Assembly (NCBI GenBank): GCA_038496445.1
Contig: JALMLS010000596.1
Span: 124,001-188,000 of the forward strand
Length of the DNA stretch: 64,000 nt
Source: Trichosphaerium sp. ATCC 40318
Lineage: Eukaryota; Protista; Tubulinea
Reading direction: 5' to 3'
Position 1 is the first letter of the stretch; every line of letters begins with the position of its first letter. The notes below the pieces were generated by a model. It worked only from the letters and a program-made list of their open reading frames with translations, made no database searches and was not told the origin of the DNA. Position numbers and translations under genes: made by a program. Below are positions 47,519 through 58,513 of this stretch, one piece after another.

Positions 47519-48250
47519 CTAATCCAACGCACAGAAATAATCGTCATCGTATGGTGTAACATCTTCTTCATCAGAGGACTCGATTAATTCATACTTAGGA
47601 GAGAGCTGTTCAGTTTCATACGCCTTTGCAAAATCGACGCTGATGGTCCCATCATCGTGTTCCATCTCCAATGGTTCTGGGAGCGCTGGATTCTCGTTTT
47701 CTGGTTCTTTAGGTTCATCAGGTTCGTCGTAGCAAGACATGGTAAGGCAAGGTACTTGAGACACCTTATCATTGTTGATAGATGTGTCCAATAGGCGACC
47801 ATCTTCATCAAACTGGTAATGAGAGTGGTCCGGGTACGTTTGATCCACTTGTATTTCATCATCACCATAATATACAGTCAGGGGGTCTGCTAGCTGTTCA
47901 CTGACGTCCATTGGGTCATTTTGGAGCTGATCTGGTTGGTTTTGAGGTAGTTGTTCCCTCATTCTACTTATCAGGTACTGGCGGCGTAGAAGGCTAGTTT
48001 GACGGGATTGTAGGGACTGTACTATCTCCAATAGACGTGGTGCTGTCGAAATGAAAGCTGAAATCGCTTCTGCTTCTCTACGGCCCAATTCGAGGTCTTG
48101 AATCATATTCTGGAGGACTTCGTGTAGACGGGTTGTAGTTGCGTGCGTAAGATGACCAGGTGTGTGATCTTCCGGAATGATTTCATGGCTTTTTGTTCCT
48201 GCCAGTTTATTGGTGATTCCTTCAATCTCTACTTGATGCATTCGTTCCAT
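47519..48250 (-). CDS. Retrotransposon ORF2 in the env position, about 243 aa, acidic, no signal peptide or TM
   Basis: Long intact ORF between pol and the PPT, same strand as pol; first ATG at 48250. Confidence 0.7.
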   Translation of the reverse strand: MERMHQVEIEGITNKLAGTKSHEIIPEDHTPGHLTHATTTRLHEVLQNMIQDLELGRREAEAISAFISTAPRLLEIVQSLQSRQTSLLRRQYLISRMREQLPQNQPDQLQNDPMDVSEQLADPLTVYYGDDEIQVDQTYPDHSHYQFDEDGRLLDTSINNDKVSQVPCLTMSCYDEPDEPKEPENENPALPEPLEMEHDDGTISVDFAKAYETEQLSPKYELIESSDEEDVTPYDDDYFCALD

Positions 48251-48503
48251 GTTTATAAGTGGTATAAGCAAGTTTAATGAACCTTAACATGGTGATCACA
48301 TCATTAAGGCCCTATATCTTGCGGCCCTTGCGGCCCAAGTGAATTTGCGGCTTTTGCGGCCCACGTGCACAAAAACTCTGTAAATTAATTTTAATTTTGT
48401 GGATTAAATAAATAGACTTCTTTTCCTTTTTTCTTGTTTGAGTATCTATACTAAAAGAGTGTATCCTTTTTGGATACGTTGTTTGTTAGGATATTTCTCT
48501 ATC

Positions 48504-51500
48504 CTATTTAGTGGATAGACTCTTCCGAATCTTTATTGAGTCGGAGGATGCCGTCATCCAGCGTTTCACGATTGTCATTAGTGCTTGTTTGTTTGCGGCT
48601 GTATTTATTTCCTTATTTAGACGCGTTCGTTGATTCGTGTTAGCAACGTAACCATCAATTATCGTTTTTAATGCAGTACGGAATTTGGTTGCGTCATTGC
48701 TGTATGTTGAAATCATCTTTAAGTGAATGTCTTTTAGCTGTAGTAAAAAGACATCTTGCACTTTCGCTTCTCCAGCTGTTCGTGGTGATCTTCGTATTCT
48801 TTTTGGAGGTGTAGGTGGTTGTTCTGGATAGAATGCGTCTTCAATGTTTTCATCAGTCAATTCTATTGTCCCTTGTGGTTTCTGTTTCTTCTTTTGTTTA
48901 GTTTCATCTGATGGTTTGACTGAAATGATTGGTGCTTTATTTAATTTAAATTGTCTCCAGTCTGTGTCATCATTTCCGTCATCGTCGTCTTCCTCTCTGC
49001 TGGTATCTTCTGAGCCGGTAACACTTGATTCTTCATCTTTTGAGTCATTGTTGCTTTCGTCTGTGTTTGATTCTGTGTCACTACTTGGCGGTTCTATCTG
49101 TGCGTCATGTGCTTCATCATGATCCGCTGGTGGATCAATTTGTTGTTCTGGTGCATCATTGATTTGGGTTTCGTTGTTATTGTCGTGGTCTTCCTCCTCT
49201 ATTTCCTCATCTGAATCCGAGTCATCATTCGATGTAGCTTTTCTTAATACCATTTCTTTAGGCTTTACTTTTGTGGTCGTTGGAGGGTAGCGTGAGCTTT
49301 GTGGTAGTGGATCTCTGTCATTATACTTTTTAAGGAATTTGATGCTTACTACATTATGCATTCTCGTATTGCTTTTGAAGTTAAGCATGTATGCATTATC
49401 ATTCACCTTCTTGACTATTACGTATGGACCTCTCCATCTGTGTTGTAATTTCTTTGTCAATCCTGGTGTCGGTGTGTATTGCCACATTAAAACCTTGTCT
49501 CCCACTCTAAAGATAGTACTTGAGGTGCATGAATTTCGGTACGCTTGTGCTTTGGTTGCTGCATCTAACATACGGTTTCGTGCTATCTTATGCGCTTTGT
49601 GGAGGGCTTCCATCATACGTGATTTGTACAATGTTACTGAGGTGGGTGTTTCAGGAATAACTTGTAAATCAATTGGTCTACGTGGATGTCGACCAAACAT
49701 TAAAAAGAATGGTGTTTCACCAGTTGCAACATGGTGGGTGGTTCGGTATGCTTGTAAACATTGTGGAAGGTATTCATCCCAGTCAGTCTGAAACTCTTGA
49801 TCACCGAATATACCCAGCATTTCAGCTAGAGTATGGTTAAAACGTTCAACTTGACCATCAGTCTGAGGATGATATGAACTGGTTGATAATTTGCGAATTT
49901 TAAACAATTGGAGTAGGTCTTTCATGAGTGAGCTCATGAATTGTGACCCTCTATCAGTTAATAGTTGTTCCGGATAACCAAAACGCGCAATGACTCTGTC
50001 GAACAATAGTTTTGCAATTACCTCAGTGGTTGGGTTGCGAATAGCAAATGCTTCAACCCATTTTGTGAAATAATCACAAAATACCACAATATTTGTATTT
50101 CCAAGGCGTGTACGCTTCAAAGGTCCAACAATGTCAATTGCCATGCGTTGCCATGGAAAACTGGCAACCATTGGCATCAACTTGCCAGGTTGTTTGCCCC
50201 GACGGATCTTTTTGGTTTGACATAACTTGCAACTATCGATGTAGTCTTTAACTTGTCTGTAATACCCTGGCCAGTAGTATTTACTACGAATTGAGTTGAA
50301 GGTTTTGTAAAAACCTAAGTGACCATTTTCGTCATGGTGGCTTTTGAGTACTTCAATTATAAGTGTTTGAGGTACAACCACCTGGGAGACTGATTGCTTA
50401 ACTTTTGGTACTGAGGGTAACCAGATGTGATTCAATATGCCCTCGTCATTTATCCACATAAACCTGGCCAGTGCAACCACGTTTCGTGCAGCTGTTTGGT
50501 CAAGTGGCAGGTGTTTAGTGCGTATGTAATTTATTATATTTCTGCAAAATTCATCATGATTTTGACACACTCGTAGGCGTTCAGTACTGAATCCACTGAA
50601 GGGTTTGATCAACACTCCTTTTGTAAAAGGTGGTCTTGATAGAGCGTCTGCATTGCCATGTAGTCTACCAGCCCGTTGTTCAATTGTGAATGTGTATTCT
50701 TGCAAAGCGAAGACCCATCGTGCAAACTTTTGACGGACGTGTTTGGTTGTCAATAACCATTTCAACGATTCATGGTCGGTAACAAAAATAACTTCATTAC
50801 TTGCAATGTATGGACGGTAGCGTTCTGCAGCCATGATTACTGCCAGACATTCTTTGGCTGTGGTGGAGTAGTTGCGTTGTGCTGTATTCAAACTTTTGCT
50901 GAAATATGAGATGACTGTTTCTTTTCCGTGAATCTTCTGTGCAAGTACTGCTCCCACTCCAACGTTTGATGCATCTGTATATAATATGAAGGGCTCATTA
51001 AAATTGGGATATCCAAGAATTGGTGTATTTGTAAGAGCCTGTTTTATTTGAGAGACACTTTTATCATGTTTTGCAGTCCAGTTAAATGGCACATCGTTTT
51101 TAAGTAGTTCATATAATTCATGAACCATTTCAGTGTATGCCGGGATGAACGATCGGTAATAGTTCACTATCCCTAGGAATGATCGTAGATCTTTGACATT
51201 TGTAGGTTTTGTCATGTCGATTATTGCTGCAATTTTGTTCTTATCTGGTTTTACTCCATTCCGCGTGACCACATGTCCTAGGTATTTGACCTTTGGAACA
51301 CAGAAACTGCACTTTTTAGCATTTAGCGAGTGGCTGTACTTGTCAAATCGTTTGAATATTAACGCTAAAGCTAGTAGATGTTGTTCAAAGGTCTTTGTAA
51401 AGATAATAATATCATCAATGTAGACCAATGCATACTTCCATGTTAAACCATTCAATAGGACCTCCATGTATCTTTGAAAGGTTGCTGGAGCGTTGACAAG

Positions 51501-53894
51501 TCCAAATGGCATTCTATTAAACTCAAACAGTCCAAATTTTGTGGTAAAGGCTGTTTTCTGTTTGTCTTGTTCAGCAACCTCAATGTGCCAGTAACCGCTT
51601 GGTTGGTCCAATGTTGTAAAGTAGATAGCTCCTGCTACAGAATCTAAGGCTTCCTCCACTCGTGGGATAGGGTATGAGTCCTTTTTGGTGACTCCATTGA
51701 GTTTTCTATAATCAACACAGAATCGTAAGGTGCCATCACTTTTTGGTGCAATAACCACTGGGAATGACCACGGTGAGTTGCTTTCTCTGATTATACCATC
51801 TTCCAACATTGTGTTGATTCGTTTCCACAGATAATCTGCTTCTGATGGTGACACGCGGTATGGTTGGCTTTTGATAGGTCTGGCACTGCCAGTTTCAATG
51901 TTATGAGCAGGCATTTTGGATTTGGGGGGACGCTTCGTGTTCTTGATGAATAAATGTTTGTACTTTGCCAGAAATGATGTTAAAAGTAGTTTTTGCTCAT
52001 CATTAAGACTACTGTTTGATAAATCAAACATATCTTGGATGGTTGCCATATCACTGCTGAATGTTTTAGCATCCTTCAAATCTTTTAAGATGGATTGGGC
52101 TTCTCTTAGTTCGGTGGATCGAATGGCATTAATCCTGTCATTGTCCATCCAATTTCCTTTTGCTAGAATGAGTCCCTTTATAACGCCAGTTGGTTCATTG
52201 GAAAAGTTGGCAACTCTAATGCCTGTTTTGCCGCCTTGAACCATTACAACAGCACGTTCTACTGCTGTTCCAGACATATCTTTGAAGCGTTCACCAGCTT
52301 CAATTAACATGACTCCAGATGCTTGAGGCTGTCTAACACGAACAGGGACAAAGGTGTATGATCGTGGTTCCAGTACCACACTATGTGTAACTACCAGTGC
52401 TACGTTTGTGCCTTTCGGTAAGGATTGTATACACTTAGTTGATGTAGCTGGATCATTGTTAAATATCAGTCGATAATTTGGTGCATCAATGGTTATTTTC
52501 ATTGCTAAGATTGTATCCATGCCAATGAGGGGTTGGTCAAAGTCTTCGACAACAATGAATCGAATCCAACAATGCTTTGAACGTCCTATTTTAATTTGAA
52601 ACGTTACAGTTCCCATTACTTTTAGTGGTTCATGACTCGCTCCTCGGAGTGTAGCTTTTGTAGGTTCTAGCTCTGTGACCTTCATTGATTTGAGCATTTT
52701 GAATGGAAAGATACTTCTGACAGCTCCTGAGTCAACAATTGTTTCTTTCGTCAAAGTAACATTTTCATTTCTGAAAGTTGTCATAGTTGTTAGTACTGCT
52801 GCTTTGTCGGCATTATTAGCAGACTTGATCATGTTCACTTGGTAGTCATATCCCTCATCATCATAGTCATCATAACCCCTTTCATCATCATAAACCTCAT
52901 CATCATAATATTGATCTTCTCCATCATTTGTAATCATACGGATATATTGACCTTGTCGTCTATTGTTTCGGTTGAAACTTTGACCTTGGAATCGTTGATT
53001 TCGTCGGAAGTTATTTGGTCGTGCACGATAGTTGTCAAACTGTCCTCTCCTTTGGTTTGGACGGTACCTTTGATACCCGTTTGGGTGGTTTCGATTATAT
53101 CCTCTATTCGGACATCTGCGTGCTATGTGTCCTGGTTGTCCACAACTATAACATTGGATTGGCCTTTGGTTGTTGCGTTGTACAACTTGGATGGGTGCCG
53201 GGTCTGTGATTGGTATAGGTGCTGGAACTGGTGCCGGCTTAACCATGGCTTTCATGACACTGATGTGAAACATGGCGATTTCGGAGGCTTTTTGAACAGT
53301 GGGTGGTCTTTGTAACAACACATATTGAGCCAGTTCTGCTGGAACTAGCTTAATGCAAAATGCATCTCTTAAAGCAACTGGATCTGTCATGCGTGCTTCT
53401 CTTGCAGCATTGTTAAAACGGCCCATGAAGATACTAACATCTTCTCCCAGTTCCATCTTAAGAATGTTGAACTCATGCTTCTTGAGTACGGCATTCGCCT
53501 TTCGACCGTAACGCTCAAGTAAGGCTTTGATGATGATTGCGTGTGAGACGGTAGATATTCCAGAACCGTCAGCGGGTTTCACTGTTTCTAGTGCCTGGCC
53601 TATTATAAAGTTTCGAAGGACAATTTCATATTGTCTTTCTTCCCAGTCAGAAAACTCAGAGATTGACTTCAGTTTATCCAACCAATCATCAATACTAATT
53701 TTGTCCACAACAAAGTCACCTGAAAAGGGTTTGATAGCTCCCTTTGGTACGGTCGGGTACTTAGGTGGTACAAAAATGGGGTTATTCGCTGCATCCACTG
53801 CAGGGTTCCCATTCTCAACTGCTTGAACTCTGGCTTTAAATGCCGGTGTATACGCTTCAATTGCGTCATCAATATTGTTTAATTCTTCTAACAT
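48504..53894 (-). CDS. gag-pol: Gag-Pol polyprotein (single ORF, 1796 aa)
   Basis: CYSCGQPGHIARRC zinc knuckle, IVDSGA protease, RFCVDYRKLN and YIDD reverse transcriptase, YTDAS RNase H, HHCC + DDE integrase, GPY motif. Confidence 0.97.
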   Translation of the reverse strand: MLEELNNIDDAIEAYTPAFKARVQAVENGNPAVDAANNPIFVPPKYPTVPKGAIKPFSGDFVVDKISIDDWLDKLKSISEFSDWEERQYEIVLRNFIIGQALETVKPADGSGISTVSHAIIIKALLERYGRKANAVLKKHEFNILKMELGEDVSIFMGRFNNAAREARMTDPVALRDAFCIKLVPAELAQYVLLQRPPTVQKASEIAMFHISVMKAMVKPAPVPAPIPITDPAPIQVVQRNNQRPIQCYSCGQPGHIARRCPNRGYNRNHPNGYQRYRPNQRRGQFDNYRARPNNFRRNQRFQGQSFNRNNRRQGQYIRMITNDGEDQYYDDEVYDDERGYDDYDDEGYDYQVNMIKSANNADKAAVLTTMTTFRNENVTLTKETIVDSGAVRSIFPFKMLKSMKVTELEPTKATLRGASHEPLKVMGTVTFQIKIGRSKHCWIRFIVVEDFDQPLIGMDTILAMKITIDAPNYRLIFNNDPATSTKCIQSLPKGTNVALVVTHSVVLEPRSYTFVPVRVRQPQASGVMLIEAGERFKDMSGTAVERAVVMVQGGKTGIRVANFSNEPTGVIKGLILAKGNWMDNDRINAIRSTELREAQSILKDLKDAKTFSSDMATIQDMFDLSNSSLNDEQKLLLTSFLAKYKHLFIKNTKRPPKSKMPAHNIETGSARPIKSQPYRVSPSEADYLWKRINTMLEDGIIRESNSPWSFPVVIAPKSDGTLRFCVDYRKLNGVTKKDSYPIPRVEEALDSVAGAIYFTTLDQPSGYWHIEVAEQDKQKTAFTTKFGLFEFNRMPFGLVNAPATFQRYMEVLLNGLTWKYALVYIDDIIIFTKTFEQHLLALALIFKRFDKYSHSLNAKKCSFCVPKVKYLGHVVTRNGVKPDKNKIAAIIDMTKPTNVKDLRSFLGIVNYYRSFIPAYTEMVHELYELLKNDVPFNWTAKHDKSVSQIKQALTNTPILGYPNFNEPFILYTDASNVGVGAVLAQKIHGKETVISYFSKSLNTAQRNYSTTAKECLAVIMAAERYRPYIASNEVIFVTDHESLKWLLTTKHVRQKFARWVFALQEYTFTIEQRAGRLHGNADALSRPPFTKGVLIKPFSGFSTERLRVCQNHDEFCRNIINYIRTKHLPLDQTAARNVVALARFMWINDEGILNHIWLPSVPKVKQSVSQVVVPQTLIIEVLKSHHDENGHLGFYKTFNSIRSKYYWPGYYRQVKDYIDSCKLCQTKKIRRGKQPGKLMPMVASFPWQRMAIDIVGPLKRTRLGNTNIVVFCDYFTKWVEAFAIRNPTTEVIAKLLFDRVIARFGYPEQLLTDRGSQFMSSLMKDLLQLFKIRKLSTSSYHPQTDGQVERFNHTLAEMLGIFGDQEFQTDWDEYLPQCLQAYRTTHHVATGETPFFLMFGRHPRRPIDLQVIPETPTSVTLYKSRMMEALHKAHKIARNRMLDAATKAQAYRNSCTSSTIFRVGDKVLMWQYTPTPGLTKKLQHRWRGPYVIVKKVNDNAYMLNFKSNTRMHNVVSIKFLKKYNDRDPLPQSSRYPPTTTKVKPKEMVLRKATSNDDSDSDEEIEEEDHDNNNETQINDAPEQQIDPPADHDEAHDAQIEPPSSDTESNTDESNNDSKDEESSVTGSEDTSREEDDDDGNDDTDWRQFKLNKAPIISVKPSDETKQKKKQKPQGTIELTDENIEDAFYPEQPPTPPKRIRRSPRTAGEAKVQDVFLLQLKDIHLKMISTYSNDATKFRTALKTIIDGYVANTNQRTRLNKEINTAANKQALMTIVKRWMTASSDSIKIRKSLSTK

Positions 53895-53904
53895 CTTAAC
53901 TCAA

Positions 53905-54002
53905 TTTCTTTCTCTTACTATCTTCTCTCTTTTACTCTTTCTCTCTTACTCTCTCTCTTACTCTCTCACTCTTACTCTCTCTCTCACTCTCTCTAATCTC
54001 TC
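53905..54002 (+). repeat. CT-rich imperfect microsatellite in the retroelement 5' leader
   Basis: Repeated tctcttactctc units (purine-rich on the element strand). Confidence 0.8.
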
Positions 54003-54076
54003 CACGGACACTACAAAAATCCGGACTTAACAATACAAGGACGTACTTAAATTGACAATTAGTTTGCAGGTAAAAA

Positions 54077-54093
54077 TTCTGGCCGTGTCGCCA
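54077..54093 (-). other. Primer-binding site, probably for a tRNA-Arg
   Basis: Minus strand TGGCGACACGGCCAGAA, 2 nt from the 5' LTR; complementary to a tRNA 3' end with discriminator G + CCA. Confidence 0.7.
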
Positions 54094-54095
54094 AA

Positions 54096-54240
54096 TGTTA
54101 TGCTGCAGAATAAAGTCAAAGCGTATTTATTTAGATTTACAGGAGTTACAAAAGGTACATATATATTTTATTTATTGTGGGATGCGTTTCTCTGAAATAC
54201 TATTTGTTGAATAGTATTTACATGAAACACGTTCATAACA
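54096..54240 (-). repeat. 5' LTR (145 bp)
   Basis: Identical to 47352-47496. Confidence 0.97.
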
Positions 54241-54851
54241 AAAATCTGTCCAAGGCAAAGGTAGAAAGATAGTTAGAACAATGTCAACATTTTGGAGAAT
54301 TTAGGAAGCGTTGAGTTGTTGTGTCCATGCAGTACTGCATGTAGTCTTCAAGAATTTGTTAACTATGAAATATTATCTTTGTTGTGAGCAAAAGAGTATT
54401 TGTTAATGCGCCAATCATAACATCTTCACAGCGGGTGAATTATTACCGCATGAAGACTCTGTAGATAACTGTGTATAAATTTAGTGTATTTCTTTAACTC
54501 TCCCGCCCGCTAATGAGGAACTGACACGCAGTGAGACCTCATATTCGCCCATTTTAGCAGTTTCCAAGCCACAAAATATCCCGGAGTTTGGGTTGTAAAT
54601 TTGTAAAATTGGTTTTGAGTCCTTGCTTTCTATTAAACCTGTGTAGAATACAACGCGTCTATTCGAAACGCGCGATGACGAATACTTCACGGGGACTATT
54701 TGTGGTACGACATAGCACAATTTAAATCGTCAAAAGGGATATGAAGACTAAAATAAGACTTTTCTCATTTTTTTTTAGGCTACATATTCACGTGCTGCGA
54801 ATAGACTTCACAACGTGTCTTCCAAATACTGCAAGTTTTTGAGTTTCCCTT

Positions 54852-56110
54852 ATGGCGTATTTAACACGTAAGCTATAAAAACAATACAAGCCCTTTTATG
54901 TAGTAAAAGCGGTTGATGAATCTGAATAATGGCGATCGACGCTAACAGATAGTTTGTGTAGAATTATTTAAAAAGAACAAAAAGAAACAAAGAAACACTT
55001 CTGGTAGTGTAAGATCAACACCTACAAAAAAAGCGCCATTCAAAAGACAAGCGAGATCAACTGGTGTTCTTAATATAACAAATACTAGACCTACACATCA
55101 ACTACACACAATAAGGTACTACCCAAACCGACAAGTTTTGTTTTTTCTTTTTTCACCATTCTTTTTTTTGTTTTTTCCGTAATTCGCTCAAATCTTGCTA
55201 ACTTATGAACCTATGAAGCAGTAGATCAGACCCAAATCTTCGTCTACGTCTAACGAAATCCAGCAGAAGACGAAAACACTGTTCTACAGGGACAGATCCT
55301 TCATGGCAAGAAGTACTTCACGGTATAGATGATGAAGTATTTCTTCGGTTCAGGGAGTACTCATATGCACGGCATACTGCTGAAAGTCTATCTTTTTTAG
55401 TTGCTACAGGTACTGCCAAATAACGCTGAAAAATCTTTTGTTATTGTGAATTCTCTCTTGTTCTTTCTATTTTAGCTTGGGTTTCTCGTTTGTTTATTTT
55501 TCGTTTTAGAGGTATACAGGACGCAGACACGAGCGAAATTAAGAAAGAATTTAGCAATACATATTTATGATACATATATTGATTGTAATACAGCAAGGGA
55601 ACCTATAAATATACCGTTTGATATTGTAGAGGTACGCACGTGCAAAAAAAAAGAAAGCAAAAAAAAAAAAGCAAAAAAAAGGCCTAAACTGCGCTGCTGA
55701 GTTGTGGTATTTTTTTATTTGTCTAACTTGCATTCTAGAGAATAAAAAGACATATAAGGGAAGCTAAAGTATCTTTATTTGAAGGTAAGAACATCATAAA
55801 AATTGAGAAATGACCAAAAAAAATAGATCACAAAAAAAGCATTTTTTAATAGCCGGTTTTGGGTTAACGGTTTTTTTTATTATACCGCGTCTTCGCTTTA
55901 TTCTGTTATTAATAATCTGCTATAGAAGCACGAAAAGAAATAAGCACAATGCTAAAATACGATGTATTCCCTCAGTTCGTTGCAGCTACACTACCTACAA
56001 AGCGTAATACAATGCGTGTAAGATTATCAAAAAGAAATACATTAGAAAATTTTGATAGATGGAAACGTCGACGAAGGCGCATTGAGCGTTGTGATGTAAC
56101 GTCTGTATAA
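54852..56110 (+). CDS. RGS (regulator of G-protein signalling) domain protein with basic termini
   Basis: Spliced WQEVL...FLRFREYSYARHTAESLSFLVATEVYR...AIHIYDTYID...PINIP...LFEEARKEISTMLKYDVFPQFV. Confidence 0.85.
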
Positions 56111-56971
56111 AATATAGCCTGTAAAAAAAAAAGCCCAAAAGAATAAAAAAACAAGTTGTACATAGTTGTGGATCAATGTTAACTCGGGAACAGTAAGGAC
56201 AAATTGGTTGACAGATGGAAAAGAATGCTTTCTAAAAAAACCCTTTATTCGGATGGTTTAAATATCACGTGGCCCAACACGTGGATATGTAAAAGTTGTA
56301 AATTGTTACCTCACAACGTTTTAATGCACAAATATGGCCATATATTCTCTCACGAGAGCGCTAGCCTTCATGGAGACTTTTCCAAACAACTTCTTTTTTT
56401 TATTGTCGTATTGGCGCCTTTTTGTTACCATCGCCTAGACACACAACAACAAGGCTAACCACTAGTTTTTGAACTCAATGCGTAGCATCAGAAAAACTGT
56501 ATGGCAATTAATTCCAGCGTGCAATGACAAGAGGCCTAGCTATAACCTAGCGAGCAAAACGTAGGCGTAAATTGGTGTTTCTCAACGTTTTTCGCTGATA
56601 CTTATTTCAAAAACAATCTACGACGTTGTTCGCCCTGGCATTGTCGAAGTAAGCAGGTTAGCACCGTGGTGCTAGATTTGGTATTGTCGAAACAAAAGTA
56701 GCCTTTAAACCTTTTGTGCGAAACTAAAAATACCGCGGAACAAATGTACATGCGTAGGAAGTATACAAAAACAGGAATTGGCCTTGTGTGGCACAACTTG
56801 AAATCGAAATGCATCAAATTTCTGTTCTTTATGAATTCATACCATCATATAAGCCCTTGAAGTACAGCAAGCAATATATAGTAAGAAGCTGTGAGCACTT
56901 TAAGTTCAAGTTAAGCGAGTATCCATCCATTTTTTTGGGAAAGCGCAACTTTCAGTCGGAATATTACAGAA

Positions 56972-58209
56972 ATGCAGCAACTCGCAGTACTCTTTGTCTT
57001 AGGTGAGTTGCACTATTTCTTTTGCCTCGTTTGAAGCCATTTTACTTACATTATACACATAGCATTCCTAGCTATTTGCAACGCAACATACATAGGAGCA
57101 ATTACGCCGGATTCAACGTGGACTACTGGTAGCTTGTCTGGAAGCGTGTTTGGGCACCGTAATTTCGATAATTACACCGTTAATGTTGTAAATTATTCAA
57201 CTTATGAAGTGCAAGTTATAAGAACAGTACGTTTGCGACCAAATAAAAAGACAAAAAAAAAAGCACGAAAAAACTCGAAAACTGTTTCACAGTTCATAAG
57301 TTGTTCAAATTTTTTATTTTTTTTAACCTGCGCGCTCGAGCATAGAGAAATAGCAAACCAACAATTTTTTGTTTTTACAAGAAGTGTGATCTTTCAAAAA
57401 AACAAATTTCATTCTCTGGTTGTTATCGATTGTTCAGAGTCGATTCTTTCTTTGTTTATGTGCTTGATGAAGTCTTGTTATTTATAATAATGTTTAGAAT
57501 ACTGGTTCTTATACAGGAAGCGCTAATCCACGACTATATTGGTCATATGGTGTCTTCAATACAGATAATGCTGGCTCAACAACACATATTTGTACCACGC
57601 ATTTGTAGATGAACGGTATGGCTCAGCCTTATATGTGGCTGTCAGTAACACAGACGATTCAGTTGATTACTCTATTCGTGTATGTTCAGGATATTGTAAA
57701 AGTACGCCTACCAACCAAAGCAATTCACGTGTTCGATTGTGGACTAACAAAAACAAATAGAAGACCCTTGCCCGGGTGTTAACTGTAACGCAAACGGTGC
57801 TTGTGATGTTATCACAGGGACTTGCACTTGTGATAGTAGTTCCTATGTTGAACCTGGTTGTCTGTTTAAGATAAACGACGATATCTTGGGATTGTCAGTT
57901 ACAGGTATGCTAGCTTGTTGTTGTTTTTCTTTTATTAACTTTTTTTGTTTAGTGTTCATTCTTATTTGCTGCTCTGTTGTTTTTGTCATCTGTGTTGTAC
58001 CAATCATCATCTGTATCCTATGTTGTTGTGGTATTTGTGCTTGCGCAATAGGTGCAGGAGGAAACGGCGAGAAGGTCACTGTTGTACGTGGTTGAATTAG
58101 GATGCTTTTTTTGGGTTTTTTTTATGTGTTTTGCTTACTTATTTTTCTTAAGGTTACTCAACAACAACCGCTCATGTATGGTCAACAACAACAACACAAC
58201 TACTCTTAA
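56972..58209 (+). CDS. Type I membrane protein with EGF domain and Cys-rich TM; paralog of 35287-36710
   Basis: MQQLAVLFVLAFLAICNA...YEVQVIRT...CPGVNCNANGACDVITGTCTCD...C...VVFVICVVPIIICILCCCGICACAI...QQQHNYS*. Intron positions match the paralog. Confidence 0.75.
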
Positions 58210-58513
58210 ATTGTTTTGACCACACTCGAATAAATGTTAGAAACATACAATGTCAGCAAGTTTTTTTCATTTCATAATGCACGTTGTCAGGTATTTCTGT
58301 TTCACCGACTCGTGAAAATCTGCGACTCAGCTTTAAGTTGCTCTGGCTTAATACCAAAGCAGTGCCATTTCTTTGTCATGGTGTTCGTGTTTGTAGAGTT
58401 TTAGACCAAGGTCACTTGAATATCACTGACTGCAAGTATACTTTTTTCCAAAAACAGCTTATATTGAAGAGCTTTAAGGGCCCTTAAGTTTATTATGATG
58501 CAGGTATATCCTT

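Larger units (their letters stand above)
47352..54240 (-). mobile_element. Full-length Ty3/Gypsy LTR retrotransposon, 6889 bp, very recent insertion
   Basis: Identical 145-bp LTRs (TG...CA), 5-bp TSD AAAAT (47347-47351 and 54241-54245), PBS, PPT, intact gag-pol with order PR-RT-RH-IN. Confidence 0.97.

Noticed and set aside
48844-53826. Plus-strand ORFs inside the retrotransposon
   Set aside because: Antisense shadows of gag-pol with no motifs.
54077-54093. tRNA gene
   Set aside because: Only a 17-nt match to a tRNA 3' end (the PBS); no cloverleaf. No rRNA or tRNA genes were recognised in the window.
57540-57610. Frameshift or 17-nt ultra-short intron in the EGF-TM gene
   Set aside because: A normal phase-1 GT-AG intron of about 59 nt (TAT G|gtgtc...ttgtag|AT GAA) restores the frame.
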